A program made the position numbers and the translations under genes. A stretch of 52,341 bases of DNA, counting the filler, from Dimargaris cristalligena (taxonomy: Eukaryota), in the NCBI GenBank assembly GCA_003614675.1. It is 3 parts of 3 records of this genome, joined end to end, with 100 filler letters (N's around TTAATTAATTAA, not from the genome) between each part and the next. Parts side by side here need not be neighbours in the genome. Positions count along the whole stretch, not along the records: positions 34,982 to 52,341 come from ML002807.1; 2 more parts are not named here. The stretch is one strand, 5' to 3'. How positions within the stretch are numbered: position 1 is the first letter of the stretch; every line of letters starts with the position of its first letter. Below are positions 48,093 to 52,341 of the stretch, piece after piece. The notes below the pieces were generated by a model. It was not told where the DNA came from, did not search any database, and was given only the letters and a program-made list of their open reading frames with translations.

Positions 48093-50971
48093 TTATTGGG
48101 ATTTGAAAGCCGCGGAGATAATGTGTTCGCCAATTGCCTGCCCTGTTGTATCCCGCGACCGGGCATTAAGTTGGGGTGAAAATGTAGCCGAGGGCGATAG
48201 GCTTAAGATATCAGCAATACCAGTGCCCCGGCGGGGCGGGGTAGAGGGCACCGGCGAGCCCACCGTCGCCATCGAGTGGGGGGATGCAGCCAGCTCGCTC
48301 ATGAGCTCCCGTTTTTGTTGGTAGTCATTCAGGGCCAGTAGGTTCTGGCCGGCACTGGGGAAGGAGCGGATGATCAACTTAATCAGCCAATGTAGGCTAA
48401 AGTAGAGATGCTCAGTCACAAATACGACCAGCAGGGCCATGGTCAGGTCCGTATTACCGTAGAGGCGGGCATCGCGTGACGGGGGGAAAATGCTTCCGAA
48501 TTGATAAACTAGCAGGGCATTGGTGATGGAAGCCAGCCAGCAGAGCAGTTTTAAGTTGTTGAGCCAGGGCCCAATGGTTTCGCAGCGCTGCGGAGTGGGG
48601 CGCCTAAATTTTACAAGAGGGAATATTGAATCGATAAAGGACATACATATCATTAGGTGAGTGGCGTGTATGTCACCGACAAATACACTAAAGTGAAAAA
48701 ACTAGATAAGTCGAAAATCGCACATCCAGGGCTATAAATGACACACCATGTACCCATCATTCACATACTGAATCTCCCTAATCTAGAACCTCGTGCTACA
48801 TACCGAACATTCATGCATATTTTCACAGCATCGGAGCGTAACTCAACCCAGTTGTTGATGAAGGACACCAGGGGGGTGAGGGGCCATACGATTGAGAAGA
48901 GAGCCACAAAGCCAAACTGGGTCACCATTTCCGAATAATCGTCGTAAATATCGTATTCCGGTAGGTCATATTCACGCAGGGCGCGCTTTACCAACCGCTT
49001 ACGCAATGAAGGGGGGGCTTCGGCAATTCGGGGTCGGTGATGGATCAGGGATGGATCAAACACCGGATGGGGTGGAGAGGCGGAAGTGGAAACCCGCGCA
49101 CCGATTTCGGCGCGCGCTATATCGCGAGGATCTACACCTTCGTCATCGGCCTCAGCCCCGGTCAGGTGGGCCTCTGGATGAGAAGCCTGGTCTGAGTCCA
49201 CGCTGGATTCCGAAAGAGTGGGTGAGACCGGCACCCCCGCCAGGTTAGGCATGGCCGCGGGTGAATCGGCAGCCGGTGTCCTCGGGTGATGGTTTGGGGG
49301 CGTAGCGGATGGCCGGCCACCTGACTTCGTGCCCGACGAAAAGGGACCCCCTTTGGCAATATAGCGGGTGGCCAAGGGGATGAGGGTCTCTTGGAAGAGG
49401 CTTAGGATTTGACCCGTCATAACGAAGAAGAACAAATTGTTGAGTAGGAGGTCGTTGGCAGAGGTTTCGGACATTTTCAAGTGGGGGATTTCATCTCCTT
49501 CGAACAACGTCTGCTCTTTCGGAGACATGCCCGGCCTGGGCGACCCAATGAGGGCTGCCGACCATTGAAGTAGCCACTGGTTAATTGGGGCGCGGAAAGG
49601 AATATAGACCCAAGCGACGAGGAAGAGGGAGAGATAATTGACCAAGAAACTCAGGATAAAGATCTTCTGCGACAGCTGATTTTCGTATTGGTCGACGGTG
49701 CGGTAGTTTTCGTAGTTGTTCATCCGACGGGCCAAGCCCAGGTACAGCTCACTGGCCTTGGCCATGAGGAGGGAGTACAGAATCACGGGAACATAAGTGG
49801 CGTAGGCCTGCAGGGGACCTGTATAGTGTTCATCCGCTAGAGTCTGGAGGGCGAAGAGGAACCCGATGACTAGGGCCAGGAAGGCGGTTCCCAGAAGAAG
49901 CATTGGGGCCGTGACCATACGGCGAAGCCAGCCTTGCGATATAGGGAAGTAGGGCACCGCCTCGCCGGTGATGGGGTCGGTCACCAAGGCCAGGGGTGTA
50001 AACCGAGGCTGAATCTCGTCGACGGCCGCCAAATTCCGGGTACCCCAGAAGGTGGCGATATCCGTCTGACGTCGAGCCCACATTTCGGTGAAGGTCAGAC
50101 CCCACGGTATTATAAAGAGGGCCAAGGACGCGGAGTAGTAGTGGCCGGCCAAGTAGGCCACTAGACCTACGGCCGACGGGGGGATGAGCCACAGGAAATA
50201 GAACTGCAGAAAGGCGAAGTAAAGGGCCACCTTTTCGCCCAGCTGATCCCGAATGGCCAGTAAATCGCGTTGGTCAATTAACCACTTGGTTGACCACGTC
50301 CGCATCCACTGCCGCGTGAACCGCTTGTTGTGGAGGGCGAAAATGGTGGCGATGGACGGGTGTCGGTCCGGGTGGAGGCCCGCCCCGCCACCGTCGCCCT
50401 CGGTGGGCGCGGCCGTCAACAGGTGATATACCAAACGCAGTCGCTCGGCGGGAGAGATGTTGGATAAGTCGCCGGGATTCAGCTGCAGCATTTTGAACAG
50501 TGCTGCCTGGCCATCCGCGTCCACGGGCCCGCTGGTATCATCCATTCCCGGGGATGCGGGCAGTGTGGAGCTGAGGGAAGCATCGAGACTGGTGGCCTTC
50601 AGTACCCGCACCCCCGCAATCCAGTCATGGGCCCGGCTGCGTAACAGACGGGACTGTAAGCAAGCCTCGGGGCAGGTTACAAACAGGAATATTTGGCCAG
50701 GTCGGGTCGCTTCTTCGTCAACGTACCATTCCAAACCAACGTGGGTAAGCCGGTCCAGTACGTCGTGGTAAGCCTGTAGGGCCTGCTGCTCTAAATGAGG
50801 TCGACTGGGGGCCTCGGTGCCGGAGGCGGTTGCTGAAGTATCATACTGAAACACTACCACGTAATCGACTAGCTCCGAGGGGTCTAATTTCTCGGCGGGT
50901 CTGTGTGGTGGGCTCCAGAAGTGTGGAGAGTGCAACTTTTCCTTGAGGCGAGCCGGCAAGGAAGTAGCCAT
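48093..50971 (-). CDS. IST2: Anoctamin/TMEM16 family Ca2+-activated scramblase/channel (Ist2/nhTMEM16-like), 2 exons, ~892 aa
   Basis: Exon 1 50971-48804 (CG|GTATGT), exon 2 48603-48093 (TTTAG|G); IRDQLGEKVALYFAFL, ENYRT, DDYSEMVTQFGF, NNWVELRSD, RRPTP..IGPW; Ca2+-site acidic residues retained. Confidence 0.92.
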
Positions 50972-52341
50972 GGTAGGGAGACGGTTTTAGAAAAGGGGAA
51001 TGCGATAGACAAGGAACGAGGCTCGAGTAGGTTGGCGGAGAACTGGGAATACAGTGGTTAAAAGGAGGGTATTATGTAGTGTAATGGGAGGGGAGGGGCA
51101 CCGAACGCAGAAAAAAGTACAATAGAGGTGAGTCGGCAACTAGAACCAGTACACTGCCGCACTATATACCTCTAAATCGGAGCCCCAAAACGGCAATACC
51201 ACCCAAACCGCGGATTGGATAACCTTTCCCAGGACTGGCTTGGCGGGGTCTTTATGATGTATGGGGCCCCTGAGCCATGCAGGTGGCCAGCAAGTGAGTG
51301 ACTGTCCATGGAAGGCTGCCGGTTCGGTAAGACATAGGGTAAACCAATGCACCAGTTCCGCAATACGGCCGAGAACCCCACAATAGCCCCCCGACAGTCA
51401 TAAACTAACCATTCCATTAACTAATCCTCGGGACTCGTTGATGATGGGCTATTCGAAAGATGTATTATATCCAGTTCCAGTCGCTTGTATCCTTCTTTAT
51501 AAAGTACTATCGACAACCTGTGCTGACAGTATCATTATAAAGGCTGCCCAGACATCGAGTATTAGGGGATGTCCGGCCGAATACAATGCAGTAGCGCCGC
51601 CATTCATGGAAATTAATAACTAGAAACAGATTCACAGTCGGAAAACCCTCGCAATTTTTATACCATCGCCACCGGTTAGGGACCAACCCCATTTGCAGCG
51701 CTAAAAAGCAATCGGTATTAATGGCTTGGAACTAAGAATGGCCTCTGACCTAGCTGATGACATAAATCACAGTATATCGGTGGAAAAACTCGATAGCCAT
51801 ACGTCTGTCAAGGTAACCCTGAAGCAGAGTCGATGCCAGTGTCCTAAATAAATCCATCATGGTATGTTTTATATAATAGGCTTATGACTTGGCGACAAGT
51901 TTACCTTGGCAGTAGGCCCCGCCTGCCGTCGCGATAAAATAATTACCGACTGTTGATCTGCCGAAGAAATACGCCATTATAGATTGAACAACATGCTATA
52001 AGAGATGTTTCTTCATCTTGATAGCTCCATTTGCTTGCACAATGCTAGTCCTACAATACGACCCCGCCTTGGAGATTAATTTATCAATATATACTACCGT
52101 GGAAAGCCCCGTTACCTCCTTAAGGTTCCCACCCATTTCGCTATATTATAATTTAACCTGTGGTTTCCCCGTTCCGTAAAAGCATCACTGAGAGAAATTA
52201 TGATTCATCGCAATATGAGCAAATGTAAGGACTGGTTAAGGATAAAAGAGTTATTATAGGACTCATTGATATTAACAGAGGCAACATTAGTTGTGAATCC
52301 TAAGGTGCGGCTGGACAGTGTGGTCTCCACCCCTAAAGAAT

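Overview
Eukaryotic, fungal-type genomic DNA (GT-AG introns, GC-rich third codon positions, pyrimidine-rich UTRs). The gene style suggests an early-diverging fungus, possibly Zoopagomycota such as Dimargaris; this is inference only. Two N50-TTAATTAATTAA-N linkers (17407-17506, 34882-34981) join three separate contigs, so adjacency across them is not biological. Recognisable genes: a 7-exon short-chain dehydrogenase, the ribosome-associated Hsp70 SSZ1, casein kinase I, a truncated tyrosine phosphatase, an intronless Argonaute (DEDD tetrad), COX10, a WD40 protein, two tandem PPR(-like) mitochondrial proteins and a TMEM16/IST2 scramblase, plus orphan ORFs. Most interesting observations: (1) a disrupted gene combining a signal peptide, a duplicated PNPMSL-x-[LF]IV motif, an NLS-like patch and five C2H2-type zinc fingers (candidate secreted transcription-modulating effector); (2) a two-exon secreted-type orphan with an F-box-like motif; (3) an unannotated ~144-bp inverted-repeat element present five times; (4) a 1.36-kb LTR-like tract with no CpG at all, with a less-mutated relative elsewhere in the window.
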